Shown in pieces: positions 51,738-62,338 of a DNA stretch of 64,000 nt. Numbering within the stretch: position 1 is the stretch's first letter; every line of letters starts with the position of its first letter. Source of the DNA: Candidatus Hydrogenedentota bacterium. Its GTDB lineage: Bacteria > Hydrogenedentota > Hydrogenedentia > Hydrogenedentales > SLHB01. Location of the stretch: contig CAVUWV010000024.1 in assembly GCA_963745075.1 (NCBI GenBank), positions 128,001-192,000 on the forward strand, read 5' to 3'. A program made the translations under genes and the position numbers. The notes beneath the pieces are model-generated. The model searched no databases. It was not told the origin of the DNA and was given only the letters and a program-made list of their open reading frames with translations.

Positions 51738-51916
51738 CGGGGGAGTATTCCATGGTCCGCAGATCCCTTCGGTGATAGCCCTACACTACCACCGCCGGAA
51801 CGGGTCTGGCAACCCACGCTGCGAGCGTTTCGCCCACTGGGAGCGCCACGCACCAGCGTGGCGAAGACTTGGAGCCAACATGTCCATCACAAGAACTACT
51901 GCGCCCGCAGCGCCAT

Positions 51917-54091
51917 TCAGAACCGGCCATACTTTCCCAGCATCCGCCGCGCCGTCGCCACGGGATCCCCGACTGGCCGCCCCGGGTACGTCTCCGTGTC
52001 GTGCGTCCATCGTTCCTCCCAGTCACGTATCCGTTCCTCATAGGCTTCCGGATCGAACGCCTGGTCAGCCTCGACCGCCTCACGCAGCGCCTGAATGAAC
52101 TGCGCCCAGCGCGGCAGGTAAAACCCGTCTATCAACCCCGACCACTGTTTCGCGGCGTAGTCGTGGAGAACGCTGTCGCGCGGACCCCACAGCGTGATTT
52201 GGTTCCTGGCGTTCCATTCGTACAACCGCATCTCGTCGGGATTTCGCGCCCACCGCCTCGCGTCTTCCAACCATCGGCCCAGCAGAAATTCCTCACGCGT
52301 GCCGAGGAGTGTGTCCAAGTCCCTCAACAATTCCAGGAATTGCGTTCCGGTACTTTCGAGTTTCCGCTTGTCGCCGGCCTCGTAAGCCGCAATTAGCTCA
52401 TCGTAGATCATGTCGGCGCGAATGCAAAGCACTTGCCGCGTTACGTGTACGATGTCGTACTGATACGTGGGAATATCCTTGAGTTCATCCGCCGCGGCGA
52501 GAAGGTCCTTACATGCCTGCTCCAACGTTTCCGCCGAGTAGGGGACACGCGGGGCCTTGCCGCGCGAAATGAAATCGATTCGAGGCCGATTGCGGATGAT
52601 ACTGCCGATCTGCTGGGGCTGAGAATACACCGTCTCCAGTAGTTGTCGCCAAGCCTCGGCGGCCCGTTCGTTCTGAACCCCATAGCGACGCGCGGCGTAC
52701 TTCGTCACCCACTGGTTCAAATCCAATTCGGACGGTGCCCACATCAGGTCGTTCATCAAGTCATAGACGACCGGATTCCATCCGAGCCCCTCCATAATGC
52801 AGCCCGCGCCCACAAGCTCCCCGCGATTCTTGCTCGTCAACGCGCGATTCAGGTTGGCCGTAATCTGGGGGAGACCGCCGTGAAGACTTACCTGATTCCC
52901 AAAACTTTGAATGATGCACCAGATCCAGGGATTGCCGTAGAACGCCTCTGTCGTTTCCCAGGTTGGCTGGTGTTCGCAATACAGGTCCAGTACGATCATC
53001 CGGCCATTCGGTACGGAAGTCAGCAAGGCCTCCGTCTGGGGCGCCTTCCAGAACGTGGCGTTGTTGAAGAAGAGCCACCCCTGCATGAGCCACACCGCTT
53101 CCGGGTCGGCTCCCGCCATGGCCTCGTAAACGGCTCTTCCCATGCTTTTAAGAAAGGCCGGATCGTTGCTCGGCGGACTCATCTCGATAAACGTGTCCGA
53201 CGCGTAAAAGTGGTCGCTTCCAAACAGCCGGGTTTGCTCTTTAACGAAAGCGTGACCAATCCGTTGGAAAAACGGATCCTGGGGATCGACAAACGTCGTC
53301 CCGGGAAAACCGCACCATTGCGGTAGTTGTTGAAACTTCGCGTCGGGAAAATGCTCTTTAAGAGCGACTGGAACGTGTCCCGTGAAGCCCTGTAAGACCG
53401 GCCGCATCCCCAGTTCCCGTTCGCGCGCGACGATCTTTTCCTGTAATGCCCGGTGCTCGTCGATCCACGCTTGAGGCAGCGGCCCGCCCCAACCGTCCAT
53501 ACACCCCATCCACCCGAACGGCAGGTACGCCGGTCCGACCATGAACGCGCCGATTTCCTCGTCCGTCAGTCCCAGGTCGCGATACACGGTTTGCCACACC
53601 GCTTCCTGACCTGTTACCGCGAGCGGCAGGTTGATACCTTGCAACGCCATCCAGTCGATCACCCGTTCCCATTGCGCCCAGTCCCACCACGCCATCGAGT
53701 AGCTGAAGCAGCAGTAGTTGAAACAGTATCGGTATTCAAACGGCGTCACGACACGAATGGGTTTCGCGATGGCCGGCAAGGGGTCCGGTACGTTCAACTG
53801 ATTCCCATGAAGCGAGACGCTCGCGTTGCAGTAGTTCTTGAGATAGTGATTCAATGCCGACGCAATGGCGACGCCGTTGGAACCGCGTAGAACGATTCGA
53901 TCACCAACGCTTTCGATTTCAAACACATCTCGCACGTCTTCGGGTGGCAATGATTCGATATCGAACTTGTTTGCGCGCTCTGAAATCACCCGCTGAAGCA
54001 GGGCACGCGCCGCGTCAACCTCGTCTGCCTCAGTTGAACGAGCTTGAAAGAGTGCTCCCGCCATAAGAAGGGCCAACGTGAACCTGATCAT
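51917..54091 (-). CDS. Secreted alpha-N-acetylglucosaminidase (GH89)
   Basis: Signal peptide; NYCCFSYSMAWWDW..WER.IDWMALQGIN, DTFIEM, NARNQITLWG, DYAAKQWSG. Confidence 0.92.
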   Translation of the reverse strand: MIRFTLALLMAGALFQARSTEADEVDAARALLQRVISERANKFDIESLPPEDVRDVFEIESVGDRIVLRGSNGVAIASALNHYLKNYCNASVSLHGNQLNVPDPLPAIAKPIRVVTPFEYRYCFNYCCFSYSMAWWDWAQWERVIDWMALQGINLPLAVTGQEAVWQTVYRDLGLTDEEIGAFMVGPAYLPFGWMGCMDGWGGPLPQAWIDEHRALQEKIVARERELGMRPVLQGFTGHVPVALKEHFPDAKFQQLPQWCGFPGTTFVDPQDPFFQRIGHAFVKEQTRLFGSDHFYASDTFIEMSPPSNDPAFLKSMGRAVYEAMAGADPEAVWLMQGWLFFNNATFWKAPQTEALLTSVPNGRMIVLDLYCEHQPTWETTEAFYGNPWIWCIIQSFGNQVSLHGGLPQITANLNRALTSKNRGELVGAGCIMEGLGWNPVVYDLMNDLMWAPSELDLNQWVTKYAARRYGVQNERAAEAWRQLLETVYSQPQQIGSIIRNRPRIDFISRGKAPRVPYSAETLEQACKDLLAAADELKDIPTYQYDIVHVTRQVLCIRADMIYDELIAAYEAGDKRKLESTGTQFLELLRDLDTLLGTREEFLLGRWLEDARRWARNPDEMRLYEWNARNQITLWGPRDSVLHDYAAKQWSGLIDGFYLPRWAQFIQALREAVEADQAFDPEAYEERIRDWEERWTHDTETYPGRPVGDPVATARRMLGKYGRF

Positions 54092-54300
54092 GCTCCAATT
54101 CCCCCGATTCGAAGCAAAAACATAGAATTCGAACACCTGAAGCAAACACTACCGAACCGCTGCAGGTACTGTACAACAGGCAGCAACGCAGAGCAATTAC
54201 ATTCGCCCGGTAATTAGTCCTTGGTCTTCTCATTTTTTGGCCGTTGGTCCGGAAGATCCCAGCAAAAGATGGGGAAGAAGGCAATCTTTCAAGAACCACT

Positions 54301-54464
54301 TAAGAACACAGGCGAGGGCGCCCGTGCCACACGTCCTACTGGAAGGATGTAGTTAGCGGATGAATCGCTGGAGTTTGTCTCTGATCCGAGCGATGCGAAA
54401 GGAAAACCAAGAACCGAGTATCGGAATAGCACGTGTGGCACAGGCGCCCCCGCCTGTGTTCTTA
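54301..54464. repeat. Inverted REP doublet (34-bp arms)
   Basis: 54301-54334 versus the reverse complement of 54431-54464, 2 mismatches; core GTGGCACAGGCGCCCCCGCCTGTG. Confidence 0.78.
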
Positions 54465-54480
54465 GTCAGGTTGAAGAGTG

Positions 54481-55374
54481 TCATGGAAAATGAAAGACCC
54501 CGTCGGTTACCGCTGCCTTGCTCAACATGAAAAAGCGGCTCCCATCGTTCTGCGGGTAGCGCGCGTACTCGACGTGTCCGTCCATGAAGAGTACGTTGGC
54601 ACTAAGCGGCGTGTGGTTGACCTCGCTGATCGACAAGTATCCTCCCTGGCTGGGCCGCACCGTGTCCCACATGACCGGCACGTCGGACGCCCCCGTGGCA
54701 CTCGCTGCCGGATTGTTAATGTCGGTGATGGTAAACCGTTCGATACCGTCCCGCAGCCGATGAATCTGGATCTCTTCACCCGTGCTTGGCAGCGTCACGT
54801 ACTGGTCGTCCCATCGCGTCTCCAAATTGACACCGGACAAAGTCTGGCTATCCAGAACGATGCCCATGGCCGCCATGTCTTCCGGCGTACGTACGTCCTT
54901 CGGTTCGATCATGTATCCCCAATAAACGTACGAATAGTCGGCAAGCGATGGGTACTCTTTCATATTCTTGATCGGTTCATCATAGGGCATCGTGTTCCAC
55001 CCCGACCCGACCGGCTTGATGAACCGCGCCTTTCCGCCGAGCATTCCGAACTCCGCGTCGGACGGACAGATCGTTATCGCGCAGTCGGTAAGATACTCCG
55101 GATACAGATACACCCCGTCGAAACTGGACCAGCAACCCAGCGTTGGGCTGTACGGGAAGTGATACGGCACCATCCGCGGTGCCCAATCCCCGTGGTACTC
55201 GTCCGCGAACATGTGGAAAACCTCGCCCATCTGCTTCAGATTGCTCGCGCAGACCGCCCGCCGTGCCGATTCCCGGGCGCGTGCAAGGGCAGGAAGAATG
55301 AGCGCCGCCAGAATCGCAATGATGGCGACGACGACCAACAATTCAACGAGCGTGAAACCATGCTTGCCGTTCAT
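54481..55374 (-). CDS. Prepilin-type N-terminal / DUF1559 protein with an H-X9-DG-like C-terminus
   Basis: [57 protein letters not shown]. Confidence 0.88.
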   Translation of the reverse strand: MNGKHGFTLVELLVVVAIIAILAALILPALARARESARRAVCASNLKQMGEVFHMFADEYHGDWAPRMVPYHFPYSPTLGCWSSFDGVYLYPEYLTDCAITICPSDAEFGMLGGKARFIKPVGSGWNTMPYDEPIKNMKEYPSLADYSYVYWGYMIEPKDVRTPEDMAAMGIVLDSQTLSGVNLETRWDDQYVTLPSTGEEIQIHRLRDGIERFTITDINNPAASATGASDVPVMWDTVRPSQGGYLSISEVNHTPLSANVLFMDGHVEYARYPQNDGSRFFMLSKAAVTDGVFHFP

Positions 55375-55417
55375 GCCGTAATCCACCAATTTGTAGGTGC
55401 GGGACCAATTCGGAAGT

Positions 55418-55441
55418 GTGGGACCGGCGCCCTCGCCGGTC
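55418..55441 (+). repeat. Single REP-like palindrome
   Basis: GTGG + GACCGGCG-CCCT-CGCCGGTC. Confidence 0.6.
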
Positions 55442-55457
55442 GTTCTCGCGAACGACC

Positions 55458-57149
55458 TTATCGTCGTCGCAGTCGCTCCAGCATCATCGGCTGCGAAATG
55501 ATCGACAACGCCGGCAGCAGTCCCAGTCCAACCAGCGCAAGAATTACCGTGAGACTGTCAAGTAACGAACCGGCACTAAAATCAAGTGCATCCATCGTCC
55601 ACACACCGAGAAACGCCGTCGCCATACTGAGAATCAATACGTTTCGGGTAAGCCGAATCGTGGAATCCGACAGACTCTGCCACGTAATTCGTTGTTTCCA
55701 GACCATCACCGTTCCGGCAATGAGCACGGCCGCTGGAATCCACACCAGCCAGAACATGAGTGCATGTTCGTTCGCTCGATCCCAGGAGTCGTTGGCCAAC
55801 GTCTGGTAGTAGAACACGCACCCGAACCAGACCAAATAGATGAGTACAGGTACAGACATCCAAAGGAGCGACCAAAGGGCCAGCCCGTACGCCACGAGGG
55901 CAAAAACAATAAACGGCAAGTGATTAAGGTCGGTGAACTCCACCGGCCGAACGCGATGGGCATCAACGCCCATTAACACGAGTCCGGTCAGTCCCAATGC
56001 CAGACAAAGACATAGATTCACAAGGACACTCTGCACGCTCATTCGAAGCCTCGCCCTGGTATATGCGTCCGTCGACAAGGGGCGCGTGTAGAGGAATGTC
56101 GAGAGACCCGAAGAAGCGTGCCGGTAATCCACAGACAACATGTAGAGGCCCGTAAAGAATGCGGCGAAGAATGATGCATATACGGGGATTAAGAGAAACG
56201 CCTCTGCGAAATCCCCAACTTCCATATCTGTTCCTTGGGCTATCCACGCAAATGTCACGGCAGCAATCGTGAAGCATACGGTCAGCCCCGGCAACACCAG
56301 CCCCTTCCGCCGCCATTCGTACCACATCTGCGCCTGTTGGGACGATGGGATGATGCGCGGGCCGCCCTTGAATATGCCCATCGGTCTCGATGCTGCGAAA
56401 GCGCCGCGGGTCGCGTGCGACCGTCCGCGCAGGACGGATATGTACGCAATAACAAGGTAGGCCGTCGCGAGTACTACCAGCACGGCAATCCCTGCGGCCG
56501 ACTCGAAGAACGGTTGGGGACGCGACGTATCAACGCCGTGACTTCTCATGACTTCAACGAAGGAGGAACTGAAAGGCGTGGAATGCGAGTACCTCATCAT
56601 TGCCAGATAGACCAAGGCAACCAGCGGTAGCCCAATCGCTACCAGTATCATGCGCCAAAGACCCGCGGATCCCCACGACCACGATACCGCCAGCGCGTAG
56701 CTGAAGATCAGAACCGCGACTACTACGTCCAGCGGCAGACTCCGGGTTACAATTTCGCCAAACTCCAGGCGCATCAGCGTAAACAGCGCCAACGACAACA
56801 GCGAAAAACTCGCCACGCGGTAGAACAGATGCACCGCCACCATCGTCCCCGTTCGCATGGGCAGGCAATAGTGCCGGTTCGGGATGCGCGCGGACAAGGA
56901 CTTCGGGTCCGCCAACGAAAACAGCGCAATGGCCCCGTACATGAACAACGCAAACCAACACATCGCGTAACTCGGCAAATCCGGGTCGCTCCACGCGTTA
57001 TTCGGGTACAAGCGCTGCATTTCCGCCAGCGAGTGTGTGACCCCGGCCCCCAGCAACAGCGACACGAAGAACGCCAGATACGTCTGCCGCCAGTTCTCCC
57101 AGAGGAGTGTTGCGATAGGACCAAAAGTGCGGGTTTTGTATGAGCGCAT
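55458..57149 (-). CDS. ABC exporter permease-like membrane protein
   Basis: Many TM segments; [18 protein letters not shown] motifs; in an operon with the ABC ATPase. Confidence 0.7.
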   Translation of the reverse strand: MRSYKTRTFGPIATLLWENWRQTYLAFFVSLLLGAGVTHSLAEMQRLYPNNAWSDPDLPSYAMCWFALFMYGAIALFSLADPKSLSARIPNRHYCLPMRTGTMVAVHLFYRVASFSLLSLALFTLMRLEFGEIVTRSLPLDVVVAVLIFSYALAVSWSWGSAGLWRMILVAIGLPLVALVYLAMMRYSHSTPFSSSFVEVMRSHGVDTSRPQPFFESAAGIAVLVVLATAYLVIAYISVLRGRSHATRGAFAASRPMGIFKGGPRIIPSSQQAQMWYEWRRKGLVLPGLTVCFTIAAVTFAWIAQGTDMEVGDFAEAFLLIPVYASFFAAFFTGLYMLSVDYRHASSGLSTFLYTRPLSTDAYTRARLRMSVQSVLVNLCLCLALGLTGLVLMGVDAHRVRPVEFTDLNHLPFIVFALVAYGLALWSLLWMSVPVLIYLVWFGCVFYYQTLANDSWDRANEHALMFWLVWIPAAVLIAGTVMVWKQRITWQSLSDSTIRLTRNVLILSMATAFLGVWTMDALDFSAGSLLDSLTVILALVGLGLLPALSIISQPMMLERLRRR

Positions 57150-57167
57150 AGCTCCTCCTCGTCAGTC

Positions 57168-58800
57168 TCAGCTACGTCGCAACCTTTCGACCAACATCGG
57201 CTGCGCAAGGATGGGAAACGCCGGGCACAGGGACAGCGCGATCGCGGCGATGAGAACCGTGACAACGCCGAAATGGGATGCTGTGGAACTCCAAATCGAT
57301 CCCGCGATTCCCAACCACGTCATCACGCACCACGCCGCAACGACGGTGAGTACCGCACATGCCCCGGCCCAGAAGAACAGTAGATGGCGCTGGGCACTCC
57401 GAAATATGACAAGAACCGTGACCGCAATCATTGCCAGACTCGGTGGTAAGAGCATCACGGGACCTAAGGCAGGGGGCATCCCGTAACTGAAAAGCTGATA
57501 GCCCATGGTCACAAGGACAAGCCAGAACCAGAGGACCGCCCCCGGTATCGCCATCCAATACAGCGTCCACACCATCAGGACGTAGCCCGCCACGCCCATG
57601 GCAAGTCCCGGATAGGACAAAGACGACACACTCTCACGGATTCCCCCAAGCGAATCCGGCCGCGCGATGGCAGCGAGGACAACACCGATACCCATGATCG
57701 CAACGCAGACAGCCATCGTGAATCGCGACCGACTTCAAGCTCATGATCAGCCGTGCCCGGGAATGCAATTCACTGTCCGCGGCACGCGTGTACAAAAAGA
57801 TGCCGACTCCCGAAATGCGCTGGCGGTAGTCGTCGAGCAATGCCAGCATACCCGCGATGATTGCCGCCAGCGGCGCGGCATAGACCGGAAACAAGATCAT
57901 CGAGAAGCCGAGCGCGCCAAGCCGGTTTTGGGGCACGCTATAGTCCGCACACGTGACATAGAAGAACGCGCCGAAAGCGATGAACCCTACCGTCAGCGCC
58001 GGCATCAAACGTCCTTTGCGTTGCCATTCGTACGCGATCTGGGCCGCAAGCGGAGCTCATGTTCTTCGTTCTCAAGAAGAACGCAGATTCCGGACCCAGA
58101 CCCGAAATCCGCAACGGCGTTGCGCTTACGCGTCGGCCAATACGCGCTCCCTCAACGGCGATCCAGCCAATTCCCATCAATAGAATCGCGACGCTGACTA
58201 CCTTCGGAATTCCGTGCGCTTCTGCGTCTTCCATCACGCATGCTCAGTTTGGTTCCAGCATCGACAATATTCAGAACGATCGGTGTCACAACCAGCGATG
58301 CGAGGAACGCCCAGCCGCCGAACAGCCCAACCGTCCACGCCAAACATTGAACGACCAGAAAGCCCACCATTGCAATGGCGGCGGCTCCGAGAATCTGCCC
58401 GGGCATGAAGGAAAGAAACGCCAATTGAATCAACGCCGACAGCAGTGCCATCAACACGCCGATTGCGGCGAGGCGAAATCCCAGATGCACCATCGCCACC
58501 TTGCGCGGCGACAACGGCAACGCATAATGCCGCACGGGAATGCGCGGCGTAAGGTCCTTCGGGTCCGACAACGAAAAGACGAGCCACAGCCCAAAGAAGA
58601 ACACCGGCCACGCCGCCAGGATGTAGACTTCTTCGTCCAGAGTACTCAAAACCGCCCGCAAAGAGTCCTACGATCATCCCGGTCAGTGATACGCCGATCC
58701 CAAGAAGCAGGATGCCGAGAAACACCCCCCGGCTCCTCCGCCAGTCTTCCCACAGCAGCGCGCGGATGGCCGGTCCTCGCGGAAGTTTCACGCTCATCAC
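57168..58800 (-). CDS. Paralogous permease-like membrane protein split by four +1 insertions (~58660, 58240, 58045, 57720)
   Basis: The fragments match the neighbour in order: LLWEDWR, FSLSDPK..RIP.RHY.LP, YEW.RKG, FLYTR, QPML.ERLRR. Confidence 0.65.
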
Positions 58801-59708
58801 ACCGCCCTCCGGCCCGCGCGGGCCACAAAGATATCTTCCAGGCTCGGCGTGGTTTCGCCGACGATCTTGGCTTTCAGGGTAGAAACCGAGGCGCGCAAAT
58901 CCTCCAGCTTACCGTTGCATACGACCGTCCACTCCTTGCCGCGCCCTTCCACGGACAACGCGCCATCGATTTTCGGAGGTTCCGCGGGCGGCTCCTCAAA
59001 GTGCAACGTGATCGCATGGTGCGTCGCCTTGATGTGCTCCAGCGAATCACACAACACGACCCGGCTCCGGCTGATCATCGTGATCCGGTCCGCCACCCGT
59101 TCCACCTCGTCCAGCAAATGCGACGAGAACAGCACCGTCCGGCCTTCTTCCGCGACCGTCCGGATAATCGCTCCTAAAATGTCCCGGCGGACCACCGCGT
59201 CCAGCCCCGACGATGGCTCATCAAGCAAGAGCAGGGGGGGCCGGTGAGCCAGCGCGGTCAACAAACCGGCCTGGGCGCGTTGGCCCCGGGACAAGTGTTT
59301 AATCTTCGCATAGGGGTCAAGCTCGAACGTTTGCATCAGCTCCTGCGCGTACGCGTCGTCCCACTTCGGGTAGAAGGACTTCGTGTACCGCAGCAGCTCG
59401 TGAATACGCATCCAATCGGGCAGGTCATGGTCTTCGGAGAGGTACCCGATCTGCGCCAGCACTTCCTCCGGCTGCTTCACCGGGTCCTTGCCGAAAACCC
59501 GCACCACGCCGCTCTCCGGTTTCAGCAGGCCCAGCAGGTGCTTGATCAGCGTCGTCTTGCCGGCGCCATTCTCGCCCACCAGCCCATACACGCCCCCGCG
59601 CGACACCTCGAGCGAAACGTCCTGGAGTGCCGCGGTCTTTCCAAAATGTTTGGTGAGAAGGCTCACCTCCACGACCGATTCTCCGGTGAACTCTCCTGGC
59701 TTACTCAT
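58797..59708 (-). CDS. ABC transporter ATP-binding protein (YtrB-like)
   Basis: GENGAGKTT, LSRGQ, LLLDEP, FSSH. Confidence 0.92.
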   Translation of the reverse strand: MSKPGEFTGESVVEVSLLTKHFGKTAALQDVSLEVSRGGVYGLVGENGAGKTTLIKHLLGLLKPESGVVRVFGKDPVKQPEEVLAQIGYLSEDHDLPDWMRIHELLRYTKSFYPKWDDAYAQELMQTFELDPYAKIKHLSRGQRAQAGLLTALAHRPPLLLLDEPSSGLDAVVRRDILGAIIRTVAEEGRTVLFSSHLLDEVERVADRITMISRSRVVLCDSLEHIKATHHAITLHFEEPPAEPPKIDGALSVEGRGKEWTVVCNGKLEDLRASVSTLKAKIVGETTPSLEDIFVARAGRRAV

Positions 59709-60120
59709 CGGATGCTTCCTCCCCGGCAATTCGCGCCTCGCGTTGAGCGAGCCCCGTGTCTTGTTCACGAACCATTTCAACCACCACATCGACGGGTACG
59801 TCGAGCTGGTGGGCTTCCGTCACCAACGCCGCCACCCGCTCTTCCAGAATCTTTTCCCGTTCCGCCCAGGCCAACGGCGACCCGGAGTCGGACACGTAGG
59901 TTCCCGCGCCCTGGCGCTTAGTCAGGATGCCGGCCACTTCCAGCTCGCGGTACGCCCGCGCCACCGTGTTGGGATTGATGAGTAGCTGCTCGGCCAGCAC
60001 GCGGATGGGGGGGACTTCGTCCCCGGCGCTCAAGCGCCCGGCAGCCACCAGGTACTTAATCTGGCTGACGATCTGCAGGTAGAGCGGGACGCCGTTCTTG
60101 GGTGATAGATGAAGCCTCAT
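59701..60120 (-). CDS. GntR family regulator, YtrA subfamily
   Basis: PLYLQIV.QIK, PPIRVLA..L.INPNTVARAYREL, GAGTYV; short C-terminal domain. Confidence 0.92.
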   Translation of the reverse strand: MRLHLSPKNGVPLYLQIVSQIKYLVAAGRLSAGDEVPPIRVLAEQLLINPNTVARAYRELEVAGILTKRQGAGTYVSDSGSPLAWAEREKILEERVAALVTEAHQLDVPVDVVVEMVREQDTGLAQREARIAGEEASDE

Positions 60121-60142
60121 TCAACGAACCCTCCGTTTGGAG

Positions 60143-60182
60143 ATTGTATGCATACTTTAATACAATTTTTGCCCCTTGTCAA
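60143..60182 (-). promoter_or_regulatory. Sigma70 promoter overlapped by a palindromic GntR/YtrA-type operator
   Basis: Minus strand TTGACA (60182-60177)-17 bp-TAAAGT (60159-60154); ATTGTAT-N10-ATACAAT at 60143-60166. Confidence 0.75.
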
Positions 60183-60283
60183 GAGGGTCCTGCACGCGGT
60201 ACCCTAAAGCTTCGTCGGCGCGGGGGCTGCCCCGCCGGTGTGAATGGGTTGCCAGAACAACGAGATTGGGGTATACTCTTGAC

Positions 60284-61384
60284 ATGATGAAGAGCGGTAC
60301 TTCATCGCACGGAGAGGGGTTTTCACGTTTGGCGCTGTTACTTCTACGTGCCTCGCTATGTCTCACGGTTGGGCTATCCGTGGTGCCTGCCTCCTTCGGC
60401 CAATCCGCACCCGTCAACCGTACCGCAACCATTAAGTCCCCGAACGCGCCCGATCCCTCCATGGAAAACCGGCGCGAACAGCTCGACCGCGCACAACGTC
60501 AAGCCGAGTTGAAGAACGAACTCCTCCGCCAACGGAAACTATCCGGACGCCTCAATTCCTTCGGGGCCTTTCAGCCCGAAGACGGCGGCGCCGCAATGTT
60601 GACGAATCGGACCTACAAGTATCGCAAGCGCGGTGATTACACCGAGATCAAACTCGACTTCGATCCCATTGTGATCCCAGATCGATATCGCAAACCACCC
60701 GTCCGCTATACCGATTCTCAGATCCACGAGTTGGTCCGTCTTTATTGCAACAAGTACGGCCTTGACGAGAGCCTCGTTCACGCCATGATCCACGTGGAAA
60801 GTCTGGGCAACCCGAATGCAGTATCGAACAAGGGCGCGAGTGGCCTCATGCAGCTCATGCCGGGCACCGCGAAAGACATGGGCGTGCGGAACATCTTCGA
60901 CCCTGCCGAAAACATCGCGGGCGGTACCCAGTTCCTCGCGAAGTTACTGGACCTCTTCGACGGCAACGTGTCGCTGGCCCTGGCCGGGTACAACGCCGGG
61001 CCGGAGAACGTGAAGAAGTACGACGGCATCCCGCCGTTCCGGGAAACGCAGAACTACGTACGGAACGTGCTCGCAAAATGGAAGTTGTATTCCGGCAACG
61101 GAAACAACATCAAATACCCGAAAGTGTTGCCCCATGCGGAAACGCCCAAACTGCTCGCCAAGAACGATCCCAAGACGGTCGCGTCCGTGAGGCCCTCTCA
61201 GCCCGCCGCGCCGGCCAAACCCCGCGTTCGCTTCAAGAGTGGCACCGTACAGGAAGCCGACCGCATCGTGGTCGAAGGTGATTACTACTACATCGAAGCC
61301 GGCGGCCGGAACCTCCGCATTCACAAAGACCAGATCGACACCGTCGAAGGCGCGGAATTATCCAAACTCGCGGCCAAGATGTAG
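60284..61384 (+). CDS. Lytic transglycosylase (SLT domain); start uncertain
   Basis: HVES.GNPNAVS.KGASGLMQLMP, ALAGYNAG, ETQNYV; N-terminal signal-like stretch. Confidence 0.85.
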   Translation: MMKSGTSSHGEGFSRLALLLLRASLCLTVGLSVVPASFGQSAPVNRTATIKSPNAPDPSMENRREQLDRAQRQAELKNELLRQRKLSGRLNSFGAFQPEDGGAAMLTNRTYKYRKRGDYTEIKLDFDPIVIPDRYRKPPVRYTDSQIHELVRLYCNKYGLDESLVHAMIHVESLGNPNAVSNKGASGLMQLMPGTAKDMGVRNIFDPAENIAGGTQFLAKLLDLFDGNVSLALAGYNAGPENVKKYDGIPPFRETQNYVRNVLAKWKLYSGNGNNIKYPKVLPHAETPKLLAKNDPKTVASVRPSQPAAPAKPRVRFKSGTVQEADRIVVEGDYYYIEAGGRNLRIHKDQIDTVEGAELSKLAAKM

Positions 61385-61436
61385 CGCCCGCGATCCTCGA
61401 AAAACTCTACACATTGTGCTTCCGAACGATTTCTCG

Positions 61437-61465
61437 TTGAAAAACGCCAAGGCCTGTGGTAGCAT
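61437..61465 (+). promoter_or_regulatory. Sigma70-type promoter for kdsB-pyrG
   Basis: TTGAAA-17 bp-TAGCAT with TG extension. Confidence 0.55.
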
Positions 61466-61564
61466 ACAATCCCGTTAGGAAACGGGACACTCCTTCCTCA
61501 GATCCTAACCCATGTACGTTGAATCCGCAGGGGAAACCGGTGCATCCAGGATCGAGGTATTTTG

Positions 61565-62338
61565 ATGGCTGAGGCAGGCAAGCAGACAGTATTGGCAGTT
61601 ATTCCCGCTCGATTTGCCTCCACCCGATTCCCCGGAAAAATTATCGCCCCCCTCGCCGGCAAGCCCTTGGTGTGCCACACCTACGCCCGTACCTGTGACG
61701 CCCGTCTGCTTTCCAGCGTCGTCGTGGCCGTGGACCACCCGGACGTACGCAAAGCGGTGGAAGCCCACGGAATTCCGGTCATTATGACGCGCAATGACCA
61801 TCCCTCAGGCACCGACCGCATTGCCGAGGTTGCGGCCTCCCAGAACGCCGACATCATCGTCAACGTCCAGGGCGACGAACCCCTTATCGACCCGAACACC
61901 ATTGACGAAGCCGTCCAGGCCTTGCTCGACAACCCGGACGTTCCCATGGCCACGGCGCGCCGCGCGATCGGCGACCCCGAGGAGATCCAAGACCCCAATC
62001 TGGTGAAGGTGGTCTGCGACGAGCGCGGCCGGGCGCTGTACTTTTCCCGCTTTCCAATTCCTTTTGTACGGGATGTAAGGCCCGGCGAAGAGCCGGAAAG
62101 CTGTCGATGGCAGCATATCGGGCTCTATGCCTACCGGCGCGACTTTTTGATTCAGTATTCCCAGTGGCCCCAAACGCCATTGGAACGATTGGAAAAGCTC
62201 GAACAATTGCGGGTTCTCGAACACGGCTATCCCATCGCCGTGGTCGACACACAATACCGGAGTGTCGGGGTGGATACGCCGGAAGATTTGGAACGGGTGC
62301 GGACGATGCTCGAGGGGGCGCTGGAGGGAGCGGGGTAA
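61565..62338 (+). CDS. kdsB: 3-deoxy-manno-octulosonate cytidylyltransferase
   Basis: IPARFASTRFPGK, SGTDRIAE, VNVQGDEP, ALYFSR, EKLEQLR. Confidence 0.95.
   Translation: MAEAGKQTVLAVIPARFASTRFPGKIIAPLAGKPLVCHTYARTCDARLLSSVVVAVDHPDVRKAVEAHGIPVIMTRNDHPSGTDRIAEVAASQNADIIVNVQGDEPLIDPNTIDEAVQALLDNPDVPMATARRAIGDPEEIQDPNLVKVVCDERGRALYFSRFPIPFVRDVRPGEEPESCRWQHIGLYAYRRDFLIQYSQWPQTPLERLEKLEQLRVLEHGYPIAVVDTQYRSVGVDTPEDLERVRTMLEGALEGAG

Noticed and set aside
54478..55809. 443-aa plus-strand ORF and similar long antisense ORFs across the window
   Set aside because: Shadow frames of real genes, expected in GC-rich DNA with biased codon usage.
61466..61560. c-di-GMP-I riboswitch or tRNA
   Set aside because: Only a superficial GAAA-containing hairpin; the conserved riboswitch nucleotides and a cloverleaf could not be matched.
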